A stretch of DNA of 64,000 bases from Candidatus Latescibacterota bacterium. Its GTDB lineage: Bacteria > Latescibacterota > UBA2968 > GCA-2709665. The notes under the pieces were generated by a model. That model saw nothing but the letters and a program-made list of their open reading frames with translations, was not told the DNA's origin and made no database searches. A program made the position numbers and the translations under genes. Shown here piece by piece: positions 19,424 through 29,165 of this stretch. Location: assembly GCA_963667175.2 (NCBI GenBank), contig CAXXXF010000006.1, forward strand, positions 480,001 through 544,000. Reading direction: 5' to 3'. Position 1 is the stretch's first letter. Each line of letters starts with the position of its first letter.

Positions 19424-20043
19424 TAGATGTAGACACGGCTTCCCACTTGCGCCCGGGCGAACGTGGCTTCGAGGTCCCCGTCGTTCAGGCGGATGCACCC
19501 GTGCGTGATGTTTCGTCCGATGAGATTCGGATAGAGGTTGCCGTGAATCTCGTAACCGTCGCCCAACTCGAGGGCGTATTTGCCAAGGGTGACCGGGTCC
19601 AGACGCTCGAAATCCCATGGCAGTACCGGAGCCGTCCGACCTGCCTCCACAAAGGCCCATTCCGGTTTCTTCCATATTGGATTCACCACTTTTCGCAGGA
19701 CTTCGAATCGCCCTTTCGGTGTGTCGAACCGCCAGGATTTCCGATTGTCGCTCAACAGAATCTTGCCGCTTCCGCTTGCGCAGACCGCATCATCCAGGAG
19801 GCGGTTTCGGCGCCAGACCTGCAGCCGGTTGTGGACCGTGTCGATGACGATACGCGGTTTTTCATCCAACATTCCGTCGAGAACGGACTCCAGCCTTTCT
19901 ATTTCCGCCGCAAGACGCTTTACCGAGGAGGAGGTGGACGCGCCCGGCTGCCCGGAACCCCGGCTCCGCGCGTCCGGCGGGCTGTTCCGGCAGGCGACGG
20001 CGACGACCAGAGTCAGAAGCAGAAAAACAGGAAACCGGCGCAT
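19420..20043 (-). CDS. L,D-transpeptidase (YkuD family) lipoprotein
   Basis: Lipobox AVAC, TPKGRF, IHG...THGCIRL catalytic motif. Confidence 0.92.
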   Translation of the reverse strand: MRRFPVFLLLTLVVAVACRNSPPDARSRGSGQPGASTSSSVKRLAAEIERLESVLDGMLDEKPRIVIDTVHNRLQVWRRNRLLDDAVCASGSGKILLSDNRKSWRFDTPKGRFEVLRKVVNPIWKKPEWAFVEAGRTAPVLPWDFERLDPVTLGKYALELGDGYEIHGNLYPNLIGRNITHGCIRLNDGDLEATFARAQVGSRVYIY

Positions 20044-20130
20044 GCAGATCGTCCCTAAAACCGGAAAACCGAGAAGCGTGCGCACTTCTCGGTTTTCCAG
20101 CGTCAAACAATGTTGGAACGTGTCGATGGA

Positions 20131-20733
20131 CTAACGCAGATACCAGGCTTTGTTCTCCTCTTTCCAATCTTCGATTTTCTGCATTGCGGTGCTGACCGCG
20201 TCCTGCACGCCGCCCAACTTGCTTTCGCCGGCCTGAGCCTGGGCTAGGGCATCCTTGAACATGCCGTTTTCCAGACTGCCCTTTGCGCTATTCAATGATG
20301 CTTCGGCCTCGCCAAGATCTGCATCGAGCTGGTCCAGGTCTTCATCTGCGCCTTTGCCGCGGGGCGCGGCGTTAAGCGCTTCCCGGGCATCCGCCAGGCT
20401 GGATGAGGCCGAATCGATGATCGCCTGGGCGTCGTCGCGGGTCTTGGCCTTGTTGGTTTCCGCCTGAGTCACGGACTGGTTCGCGCGTTCCTCCGCCTCG
20501 ATGGCAGCGGCTCTGGCCTCCTTGTATTCGCCCTGTTCAACTTTGTCTTTGGAATCTTTCAGGGTATTCGTTGCCGAACGGAAAATCTCCTCGGCATAGA
20601 CGTCGGCCTCGGCGGCCTTTGCTTTACTGAGGGCGCCTTCGGCGGCCTTGATTTCCTCCTCGGGAGGTTGTTCGCAGGCCACAAAGGCGGCGGCAAAACA
20701 GACAACAAGGCCGATTCTCAGGACAGATCCCAT
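20131..20733 (-). CDS. Helical lipoprotein, DUF4398-like
   Basis: Lipobox FVAC; PPEEEIKAAEGALSKAKAAEADVYA; Ala-rich coiled coil. Confidence 0.75.
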   Translation of the reverse strand: MGSVLRIGLVVCFAAAFVACEQPPEEEIKAAEGALSKAKAAEADVYAEEIFRSATNTLKDSKDKVEQGEYKEARAAAIEAEERANQSVTQAETNKAKTRDDAQAIIDSASSSLADAREALNAAPRGKGADEDLDQLDADLGEAEASLNSAKGSLENGMFKDALAQAQAGESKLGGVQDAVSTAMQKIEDWKEENKAWYLR

Positions 20734-20834
20734 CTCCCCTCCTTAAGGTTGATAAAACCTCGAACGATGGCAACAAGTCTAACAGAAATAACTATTTCCG
20801 AAACAAATGGCAGTGAATGCACTTATACAGGAAG

Positions 20835-20863
20835 AAGATACATCCAACGTGTGACAAAGTCAA
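20835..20863 (-). promoter_or_regulatory. Sigma70-type promoter for the lipoprotein/LDT operon
   Basis: TTGACT (20863-20858), 17 nt, TATCTT (20840-20835). Confidence 0.55.
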
Positions 20864-21376
20864 GCGATTTCTCCAGAAATTTCGCCGCTGCATGCGCCGA
20901 ATGAATCCAACTCCCAACCGTCGAAAACCGCAGGAATACCTCCCCTTGTCCGATACCGGCGTAGTCGATCTCAATCGCACCCTGCACGTCGACAAATCGA
21001 GGTGCGGTTTCACGGGGCGAACGTCGAGTACCGGAGACGAAACAGATCACGACAAAACGGACAAGAAACTGCATCTGCACGCTCTTTTCCACAAAAGCGA
21101 GCGGCCCTCTTTGCCAGCCCGCTGATAAAGTCCATCCGGGCTGCCTGCAGAGCGACTTGTTCCACGGACTGTTACGGTTGCGCGCGCTGGGCGCAAGCGC
21201 TATATTTCGCACACAGCCGTCCGGATCCGATACGGTTCCGCCTCCGACGTCGGAGGCATGGTCCGGAAACCCGCCGGTTCCGACAATCGCGATTTCACTG
21301 CCGGATATCCAGTTAACGCCCCGAAAACAGATACATATCGGTATCTTGGTACTGGCAAAGTCAACAGGAGGAATCC

Positions 21377-21613
21377 ATGGGATTCGAGAACCAGCTGGGT
21401 GTGGCCGCGCTTTCTGTTCTGGGAGCGCTTCTGCTTCGATGGACTGGGATTCCGAAACGTTGGACGCCGGTCACGCCGTTGGTTCTGTCGACCCTTATCG
21501 TCGCGTTCTTCGGTGAGCTCGAGACGGTTGGCGACGTGTTCAAGAACGCGCTGGTCAGCGGACTCTTCGCCAATGGATTCTTATTCCTTCTTTATGGCGC
21601 CCGGAATGGATGA
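21377..21613 (+). CDS. Small 3-TM membrane protein, holin-like
   Basis: AGGAGG RBS 5 nt upstream. Three hydrophobic segments: GIPKRWTPVTPLVLS...LVSGLFANG. Confidence 0.55.
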   Translation: MGFENQLGVAALSVLGALLLRWTGIPKRWTPVTPLVLSTLIVAFFGELETVGDVFKNALVSGLFANGFLFLLYGARNG

Positions 21614-22750
21614 TCTGATCCGAAGGCGATTCAGGTCGTCCAGAAGTTGCTTGGCGTCGAACACGACCGAGTTTTTTGAAATGCGTTTCTCCTTACGCAC
21701 GTAGGTTTCCAGCGCTTCGCGGGCGTTTTCATAACGACCGTCGCGAAAGCAGGCCAGTCCAAGGTAGTAGTAGCCGTCTGTCTGCAGGGAATCGATCCTG
21801 ACCGCGTTCGCCAGGTGCGTGATGGCGCCGTCGTAGTCGCGATGGTTGAAATGCGACACCCCCAGTTTGAGATGGACGGAGGCATCGTCGGCCCCGGCAG
21901 CGATCGCTTTCCGGTAGGTGTTTAGCGCCGCCTTGTAGTCCCCCCGATTGAACGCCAGATTGCCAAGGCTGACAAACGCTTCGCCGTATTCCGGATCGAT
22001 CTCCAGTGCCTTCAGGTAGGCGGTCCGCGCCTTCCCGAGTTTCCCTTCCTGGGCGTAGGCCATTCCAAGATTTCTATAGATATAACGGCGTTCCGTGGCG
22101 TCGTACTGGAACCGAAGCGCCTGTTCATAGATCTCAATGGCCTTGTCCGTCTTTCCCGTGTATATATAGGTAAGGCCCAGGTTGAGATACGCGTCCGTAA
22201 ACTTGTCGTTGAGCTTGATTGCCCGCCGATATTCCGCAATGGCCTGATCGGCGTATCCTTTGTGGTAATAGGCCAGACCCATCAGATTTCGCACGAATGC
22301 CGACCCGGGTTTAAGTTCCAGGGCGGTCTTGTATTGCGCCAGGGCCGAGTCGTAATTTCCCTGGTGATAGTGTGTTCTGCCCAGGTCGACCCGCGCGTGA
22401 AAGATCCGCGGATTGACTCGAATTGACCGTTTCAGGGTTTCAAGCCGTTCATCCGGACGGGACAGCAGCCGACCGTAGAGGTAAAGGCCCACGCCCGACC
22501 CGGGTCTGGCCTGCAGGCGCCTCAGGTATTCGGCAAGCACCTCCCGCCGGCGGTTTGACTTGAGCATCAGGTCCTGGTAGTGCATATTCGCCTGGAGGTC
22601 CTCGGGCCGCACCTTGATCAGACGCCGAAAATGAGCCAGTTCGGCTTCGCTCCCGTCGCCTTCAGCGCCCTCGACCGGGAATCCGATCCATCCGGCGCCA
22701 AGAAGCAAGAGGTAAATCAGGCTCGACAACACGCGCTCTCCGGGGGACAA
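21581..22750 (-). CDS. Exported tetratricopeptide repeat protein
   Basis: N-terminal hydrophobic segment; about 8 TPRs (YLNLGLTY, YRNLGMAY, YYYLGLA). Confidence 0.9.
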   Translation of the reverse strand: MSPGERVLSSLIYLLLLGAGWIGFPVEGAEGDGSEAELAHFRRLIKVRPEDLQANMHYQDLMLKSNRRREVLAEYLRRLQARPGSGVGLYLYGRLLSRPDERLETLKRSIRVNPRIFHARVDLGRTHYHQGNYDSALAQYKTALELKPGSAFVRNLMGLAYYHKGYADQAIAEYRRAIKLNDKFTDAYLNLGLTYIYTGKTDKAIEIYEQALRFQYDATERRYIYRNLGMAYAQEGKLGKARTAYLKALEIDPEYGEAFVSLGNLAFNRGDYKAALNTYRKAIAAGADDASVHLKLGVSHFNHRDYDGAITHLANAVRIDSLQTDGYYYLGLACFRDGRYENAREALETYVRKEKRISKNSVVFDAKQLLDDLNRLRIRSSIPGAIKKE

Positions 22751-22955
22751 TCGTCAACGAAAGGATGTCATTGATACCGGCCAAAAAAGGGGGTGATAGC
22801 ATCGTCTCTATCGCCCCTTGATTGCTGCATGTGGCTAGTGAGCCGTATTTCCATACAAATCGTCAAAATCCGACAGCCTATATGCGCCGCCCTATCGCGG
22901 CTGAGGCGGCCGCACCGGCTGGCGCGGCGGGCAGGACGGGCTCGCCGGCGTGTGC

Positions 22956-23816
22956 CTATCTGTCTTTCTTCAGGAGGATTTTCAACGGTCGTTTGGGCTT
23001 ATATAAGTAAATGACGTCGGCCGGGTCGAGCATGGTGTTGAATATGGCGATTTCGTCGATCTTGCCGGAATAGGCGGTCTTGTAATTGTTGAATCGAATG
23101 GTCATATCCTGCAGGTTCCAGGAAATGTCTCGTTGGACGTCCTTCTTGCGACCGATTTCTTCTCCGTCGACGAATAGCGCGTATTCGGCATCGGTCTTCC
23201 CGCTGTTGATATTGGACCACGTGACGACGATATGGCGCCACTGATCGGATTTCCAGTTAAGCCTCTCATACCGGATTGTCCACTTTCTAACCAGTTCCTC
23301 CCCGACTTTCTGCGTTTTGTCGGGGTAGCATCCGAATCGGAGGGCGCTGGGAGGGCGATCCGTCCGGCTCTTGTCGAAGTCGACGAAGATAACCGCGTCG
23401 TCCCACTTCTTCCCGATGGAGAAGGGCTCGGGGAACTTTTCCTTGAAGTCGCTGTTGGGATCCACGCTCAACCAGAAAGAAACCCCGCCGGACCATGGGC
23501 CGCCGGCACGATACGGAAAGTTGTCTTTGGCCTGATAGCTGAGGTAGGTTGCGCCGTTTGCAAATGAAACGAACCCGTCCTCTTTGCCGCCGCTAAACTC
23601 ATGCCGGGGCGGGCTGCTCGTTTCCATTGCCGCGACCGTGCCCTTCTTTTTGGTCATCGCTTCGAAACGGGATCTGTCGTCGAAGTTGGCAAAAAAGAGG
23701 ACGTTTGCCGCGAGCTTCTCCTCGATTTTCTTTTCGGGACCACCGCAGGAGATAAAGCAGAGAGCGGCGACCGGAATTGTGATCAGGCGCAGGTAACGGG
23801 GAGGGCACCGCAACAT
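22956..23816 (-). CDS. LamG/concanavalin A-like jelly-roll lipoprotein
   Basis: Lipobox FISC; SFW, WRHIVVTW, LFVDG and GKIDEIAIFN motifs. Confidence 0.82.
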   Translation of the reverse strand: MLRCPPRYLRLITIPVAALCFISCGGPEKKIEEKLAANVLFFANFDDRSRFEAMTKKKGTVAAMETSSPPRHEFSGGKEDGFVSFANGATYLSYQAKDNFPYRAGGPWSGGVSFWLSVDPNSDFKEKFPEPFSIGKKWDDAVIFVDFDKSRTDRPPSALRFGCYPDKTQKVGEELVRKWTIRYERLNWKSDQWRHIVVTWSNINSGKTDAEYALFVDGEEIGRKKDVQRDISWNLQDMTIRFNNYKTAYSGKIDEIAIFNTMLDPADVIYLYKPKRPLKILLKKDR

Positions 23817-24002
23817 AGGGCACTTCTCCTTTCGCGGGTCGGTACGTTCGATGATCCGGTTTTGCTTGCGTTTACAGCGATTCCCCAATATAAAGAATGT
23901 GTGTTCGGGCGCAAGCGTTTTTCTTGTTTCAGCCCTGCGGACGCGGCTGGCGGGCGCCGCGAAGGTCAGAAAAATCAGATGATTAGAGCAATGGAAAATG
24001 CC

Positions 24003-24031
24003 TTGACATCGTTATTCTTATTTGTTATATC
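24003..24031 (+). promoter_or_regulatory. Sigma70-type promoter upstream of the giant FtsX-like gene
   Basis: TTGACA (24003-24008), 17 nt ending TGT, TATATC (24026-24031). Confidence 0.6.
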
Positions 24032-24270
24032 GAAATTTTGCCGATTGCCGGCGTGGGCCCGGTATCGAACGAAGCCATCGGTGACCGGCGGGCGGGATCG
24101 GCGACCGTCCGCGATGCTTTTCGTGCGGGTCCGACGCCGACGTCGGACCGATGCTTCGGAATGCCGTCAGTACGGCGCCGGGACGGTTGTCGTAGCAGTC
24201 GCCGCGGCGCCCCGGCAGGGTGGATCCGACCGGAAAGAAACTTGCGTTACACAAGATTCAGGAGTTCACA

Positions 24271-27200
24271 ATGCTGCGCAAACTCGGCGGCGCGATTCTG
24301 TGGTTGATCGCGATTTTTATGCTTTCGTCGGTGACCGTGTTCAATCCGGGACAGGTAACCGACTTTTTTATTCGTGTTTTCAATATCAAGCCGAGCGTTC
24401 CGCAGATGCGTGAGGAGAAGCCCTCCGAACGAGACGAACGCATCCAGGACTTCGCCGATGGGATCTCGGAGGAAGGTCTCCGGGAAACCGTTTCGGCTCT
24501 GGCCGGAATGGGATCTCGCGTACCGGGGTATCCGGGGCACAGGAAGGCCTTTGAATACGTAAAAAACCGCTTCGAGGCCCTGGGCCTGGAAGATATCACG
24601 GTCGAGGAACACCACGTCACGGCGCCCATTGACAAGGGAGCGACTCTGGAGGTTCCGGAAACGGGACTCGCGATCAGGTTGTACGGGCTTTGGCCCAACC
24701 ACGTACAAACGCCTTCTCTGCCGGAGGGCGGCGTTTCCGGAGCACTGATCGACGCCGGGGACGGTACCTTCAAAGCGCTGAATTCAAAGCCGGTGGAGAA
24801 CAGCATCGCGCTGATGCAATTCGACTGCGGCCAGAACTATCTCAACCCCCGCATGCTGGGCGCGCAGGCCGTCATCTTCTACGACAACGGCGGCGTAAGC
24901 AGAGGACAGGCCCTGGAGAAAATCCTCCAGGTACCGGTCGACGTGCCCAGGTTCTGGGTGGAGAAGGACGACGCTGTCCGTCTCGCGGCGCTCGCACAGT
25001 CCAATGCCACGCTCGTGAGGGTGACGTCCAGAATGGTCTGGGAAAAGGTCCCCACGTGGAATATCCACGCCACACTGCCCGGCTCCGACGCTTTCGTCAC
25101 GGAACGTGAAGAACGGAAGTGGAAGGACGAGATGGTTGTCCTGAGTTCATTTTACGACGCCGTCTCCGTCGTGCCCGCATTGGCGCCGGGCGCGGAAAAC
25201 GCCACCGGGCTGGCTGCCCTGCTGGAAGTCGCGGCAGCGCTGAAAGACGAATCGTGGCTCGACGAATCCTCGCGTCTGGCGAAACTGCCTCGATACACGG
25301 TGAAATTCCTGGTTACCGGCGCTCACTTCCAGGGGTTGGCCGGGATCAATGACTTTCTGTTCAGGCATTCCAGGGAAAGCGACCACTTCCGGGAGAAGAT
25401 TCCGGACGATCAGAAGATTGACTTCCGGCTCTTCGTCGGCTTCGACCTGTCGAGTGAGACGGACCGGATCGCCAGCTTCTCTCACGGTACGTTTATCAAC
25501 CCGAACTGGTCAACCAACAACTACGAAAACAACCTGCTTGCGCCCTACGCGAAGAAATTCAACAAATACCTGGCCAAGGTCTATCCCGGCGAAGCGCGTC
25601 ACGTAGACGCCGTCGCGCCGCCGAAGCGAACCTGGAAGAACTACATGCCCGTCCGGCTGGGATTCGACAGCGAGGCGGTCAAATTCGTCGGCAAGGAAGG
25701 CATTACCCTGGCCAGCCCGTCCACAACGCGTGAAAAGGTGGACACGCCCGTCGACCGGGTGGAATTCGTCAACTTCCCCAACCTGGCCCTTCAGACCCGT
25801 ACGGCGACCGGCATGCTGCTGAAAGCCCTGGAAGATCCTGAATTCTTCCGGGTGTCCAAACTCAAACTTCAGGACCTCGGGCACAGTATGAAGGGGCGTA
25901 TCCTCTGGTTCGAACGGGATGCCGATTTCGCAATTCCTCGCGTGCCCGTACCGGGGGCCATCGTCACGTATCAGCAACCCGGGCCGGTTGCCAGCTGCGG
26001 CGGTGTACGGACCCTCATTGTGGACAAGACCACGGAGGGCCCGAGATACGTGGGCGATCGTTCCCGGGGGCCCATGGTCGGCACGAAGGAGGAAGTGGAG
26101 GCCACCGGCCGATTTCAGTTCGACATTATGCGCAACCGGTTTACGAACCAGATACTGGCGTATGAAATCGACGATAGCGGCAGAATCATTTCGGCGCCGG
26201 ACCTCGGCACGGAAGGAGAGGAGAAGTTCCCCACGCGGCAGGGTTACGGCTGGTGGGAGAACGAGATGCTGGCGGTCCTTTTCAAGTGCCGTTCTCTCAG
26301 CGTATTTGAAATCATCGATTCCAGTTATCTTTCGGCGCTCGACTTCATGACCGTGCTGAACCCTGGCGACTCCCAGCCGATGGAATACGGGTACTATTAT
26401 ATAGAAAATCAGAGCATCAAGGAGGGCGACGTCACGCGGGCGGCGGTCGCGTTTACCGCGATGAACCCCACAACCGGCAGTCCCGATCCCATCAAGATTC
26501 TGATGAGCACGGGCCTTTTCGGTGTAAAATACCTGCTGACAAACGCCCCGGAAGCGTTGCTGGAACAGCCGGTGGACAAGTGGGACGTGGACGACGAACT
26601 CCTGGAGTTGTCGCGCGGCGCGGGATATCCTCCCGGCGTTATCCTCCATCCTTCGTACAAGGCTGCCAAGGATATGTGGGTGGTCGACGATATCCGGATG
26701 AAACAGCTTGCGCAGTACGGAATTACGAACGCCCGTCTGGAAAAGCTGCACACCCATGCGGCCGACGCGTTGAAGCGGGCGCGTGAACATCTGGCCAACC
26801 ACGACTACGAAGGGTTTATTGCCGCGTCGAGAGAGGCATGGGGTCTGGAAGCACGCGGGTATCCTGAGGTCATGTCCACCGCAAACGACACCGTCCGCGG
26901 CATTATCTTTTATTTCATCCTCCTGCTGCCGTTTTCCTTTTTCTGCGAGCGGCTGCTGTTCGGTTTTCCGGATATCACCCGCCGTCTGGTCGGTTTCGCG
27001 GGAATCTTCGTGCTGTTTTTCATCATCCTTCGATACGTCCATCCGGCATTCAAGCTGAGCAGCACGCCCTACATCATTTTTCTCGCTTTCGTGATCATGG
27101 CGCTGGGCGGCATTGCGATGTTCATTGTCGTTTCCAAATTCGGCGAAGAGGTCCGGAAGATGAAACAGGCTTCGGCGGGAACCTACGAGGCCGACGTGGG

Positions 27201-29067
27201 TCGGTTGAGCGCGACCGCCGCTTCCATCATTCTGGGCATTTCCAATCTGCGAAAACGTCCTCTCCGCACCGGACTGACCGCCATCACCCTCACGCTGCTT
27301 ACGTTTACGGCGCTATCGTTCACGTCGGTACAGACGTCGATAAAATTCTACCGGTTGCCGAGGGACAACCAGCCGCCGTACCAGGGAGGACTGGTGCGGG
27401 ATCGGTCCTGGCGGGGTTTGCAGGAATCCGTGCTTCAGTACCTGACCAGCGCGTTCAAAGGCCGGGCGACCATCGTTCCCCGTGCGTGGTACCTTTCTCA
27501 GGTACGGGGCGAACGGGCGTACGTCAATTTCTCCCGCGTCACCGAGCAGACCTCGTACCTCGGCTCCAGGGACACCTACGTCGACTTCGACGTGGGCATC
27601 ACCACCGGAAAAGACAGTTTTGTAAACGGATTACTGGGCCTCACCGCGGATGAACCGGAAATTACCGGGGTCGACCGCTATCTGATGAGCGGGCGATGGT
27701 TCGATCCCGGAGAAACAGACGTGTGCATTCTGCCGAACGACCTGGCGGAGCTTGTGGGCATTTTTCCGGAGGACGCCGGTACCGCGCAGATCGAAATGTT
27801 GGGCAAGGTCTTCACCGTCATTGGAATTGTGGACTCCGAGGGATTCAACAAATACAAGGATATGGACGACGAAAAGCTGACGCCGGTGGATACCGTAAAG
27901 GAAAAGGACGACCTGGCGGACGCCCAGGACCAGGATCCGCGGGTTGTCGCAGCGGCTCCGATCGAGACGTTTACGCATCTGGAATCGACCAACGTGATGA
28001 TATTGCCGTATGATTACGTGCGGAATATCGGAGGCACGCTCAACTCCGTCGCTCTGTCGAACTTCGTTGACTCCCAGGGCAACGCCAGGGCGAACTTCCT
28101 GCCGGACGTCGAAGAATTCATGACCCGCGTGTCCCTGACCATGTTCGTGGGCCATGAGAACAAGGTCACCGTATACAGTTCCATCGGGTCCACGTCTCTA
28201 TCCGGACTGGGCACGCTCTTCATTCCCATTCTGATCGCTGCGCTGATTGTGCTGAATACCATGATGGGCGCCGTGTACGAACGCTTCAACGAAATCGGCA
28301 TTTATTCGGCGGTGGGACTGGCGCCCAATCACATCGCGGCGCTGTTCCTGGCCGAGGCGACGGTATTCGCCACGGTCGGCGCCGTCTTCGGATATCTGAT
28401 CGGACAGGTGCTGGTCCTTGTGTTGTTTACCCAGGCGCAGGCCCAGGGACAGCTACTCAGCCTGGAGTTGAATTATTCTTCGTTGTCGGCCATTTCCTCG
28501 ACGTTGATCGTCATGGCAACGGTTTTCCTCTCTACGCTGTACCCCGCGAAGAAGGCCGCCGATATGGCCGTGCCGGACGTGACGCGGAAGTGGGAGTTTC
28601 CGGAGCCCGAAGGCGACAGATGGGTATTCGACTTTCCATTTACGGTTGGCGGCTCGGAAGTCCTGGGAATGTACACCTACCTGACCCGTGTCTTCGAGTC
28701 GTACGGCGAGGGTTCAGTCGGCGACTTCGTGGCCGATTACGTCCGGTTCACGTCGCGGGACATGGAGGGAGAACCGCAGTACGAAATCAACCTCACGTGC
28801 TGGCTTGCGCCTTACGATCTGGGCATCAGCCAGGAGGTGGCGCTGCTGGCCATCCCAACGAGAGAATACAACATTTACAAGATCGAGGTGGTGATCAACC
28901 GGCTCAGCGGTGACGTGGCGTCCTGGAAGCGGATCAACCGGGGGTTCCTGAACGTGCTCCGTAAGAGATTCCTGGTCTGGCGTACCATTCCACCCGAGCT
29001 GAAACACCAGTACGCCGACGAAGGCAAACGCATGCTTTCAGACTCCGTGGAACAGGCCGCAGTATAG
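24271..29067 (+). CDS. Giant membrane protein: PA/M28 peptidase-like domain fused to a MacB/FtsX-like permease
   Basis: N-terminal TM; SRVPGYPG; SSFYD..PALAPGAENATG; central TM block; GISNLRKRPLRTGLT; NTMMGAVYERFNEIGIYSAVGL; LYPAKKAA. RBS AGGAG before the ATG at 24271. Confidence 0.85.
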   Translation: MLRKLGGAILWLIAIFMLSSVTVFNPGQVTDFFIRVFNIKPSVPQMREEKPSERDERIQDFADGISEEGLRETVSALAGMGSRVPGYPGHRKAFEYVKNRFEALGLEDITVEEHHVTAPIDKGATLEVPETGLAIRLYGLWPNHVQTPSLPEGGVSGALIDAGDGTFKALNSKPVENSIALMQFDCGQNYLNPRMLGAQAVIFYDNGGVSRGQALEKILQVPVDVPRFWVEKDDAVRLAALAQSNATLVRVTSRMVWEKVPTWNIHATLPGSDAFVTEREERKWKDEMVVLSSFYDAVSVVPALAPGAENATGLAALLEVAAALKDESWLDESSRLAKLPRYTVKFLVTGAHFQGLAGINDFLFRHSRESDHFREKIPDDQKIDFRLFVGFDLSSETDRIASFSHGTFINPNWSTNNYENNLLAPYAKKFNKYLAKVYPGEARHVDAVAPPKRTWKNYMPVRLGFDSEAVKFVGKEGITLASPSTTREKVDTPVDRVEFVNFPNLALQTRTATGMLLKALEDPEFFRVSKLKLQDLGHSMKGRILWFERDADFAIPRVPVPGAIVTYQQPGPVASCGGVRTLIVDKTTEGPRYVGDRSRGPMVGTKEEVEATGRFQFDIMRNRFTNQILAYEIDDSGRIISAPDLGTEGEEKFPTRQGYGWWENEMLAVLFKCRSLSVFEIIDSSYLSALDFMTVLNPGDSQPMEYGYYYIENQSIKEGDVTRAAVAFTAMNPTTGSPDPIKILMSTGLFGVKYLLTNAPEALLEQPVDKWDVDDELLELSRGAGYPPGVILHPSYKAAKDMWVVDDIRMKQLAQYGITNARLEKLHTHAADALKRAREHLANHDYEGFIAASREAWGLEARGYPEVMSTANDTVRGIIFYFILLLPFSFFCERLLFGFPDITRRLVGFAGIFVLFFIILRYVHPAFKLSSTPYIIFLAFVIMALGGIAMFIVVSKFGEEVRKMKQASAGTYEADVGRLSATAASIILGISNLRKRPLRTGLTAITLTLLTFTALSFTSVQTSIKFYRLPRDNQPPYQGGLVRDRSWRGLQESVLQYLTSAFKGRATIVPRAWYLSQVRGERAYVNFSRVTEQTSYLGSRDTYVDFDVGITTGKDSFVNGLLGLTADEPEITGVDRYLMSGRWFDPGETDVCILPNDLAELVGIFPEDAGTAQIEMLGKVFTVIGIVDSEGFNKYKDMDDEKLTPVDTVKEKDDLADAQDQDPRVVAAAPIETFTHLESTNVMILPYDYVRNIGGTLNSVALSNFVDSQGNARANFLPDVEEFMTRVSLTMFVGHENKVTVYSSIGSTSLSGLGTLFIPILIAALIVLNTMMGAVYERFNEIGIYSAVGLAPNHIAALFLAEATVFATVGAVFGYLIGQVLVLVLFTQAQAQGQLLSLELNYSSLSAISSTLIVMATVFLSTLYPAKKAADMAVPDVTRKWEFPEPEGDRWVFDFPFTVGGSEVLGMYTYLTRVFESYGEGSVGDFVADYVRFTSRDMEGEPQYEINLTCWLAPYDLGISQEVALLAIPTREYNIYKIEVVINRLSGDVASWKRINRGFLNVLRKRFLVWRTIPPELKHQYADEGKRMLSDSVEQAAV

Positions 29068-29165
29068 CATCCCGTAAATAGGTAACGTGTATATCAGTCA
29101 CCCGGCGGGTTGACACGGACAATCTGTTTCCGGAAAAGAACCCTCGCTGCTCCCAATGAGGAGGG

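Noticed and set aside
20823-21212. 129-aa ORF upstream of the lipoprotein
   Set aside because: It overlaps the predicted promoter and has no RBS or recognisable family.
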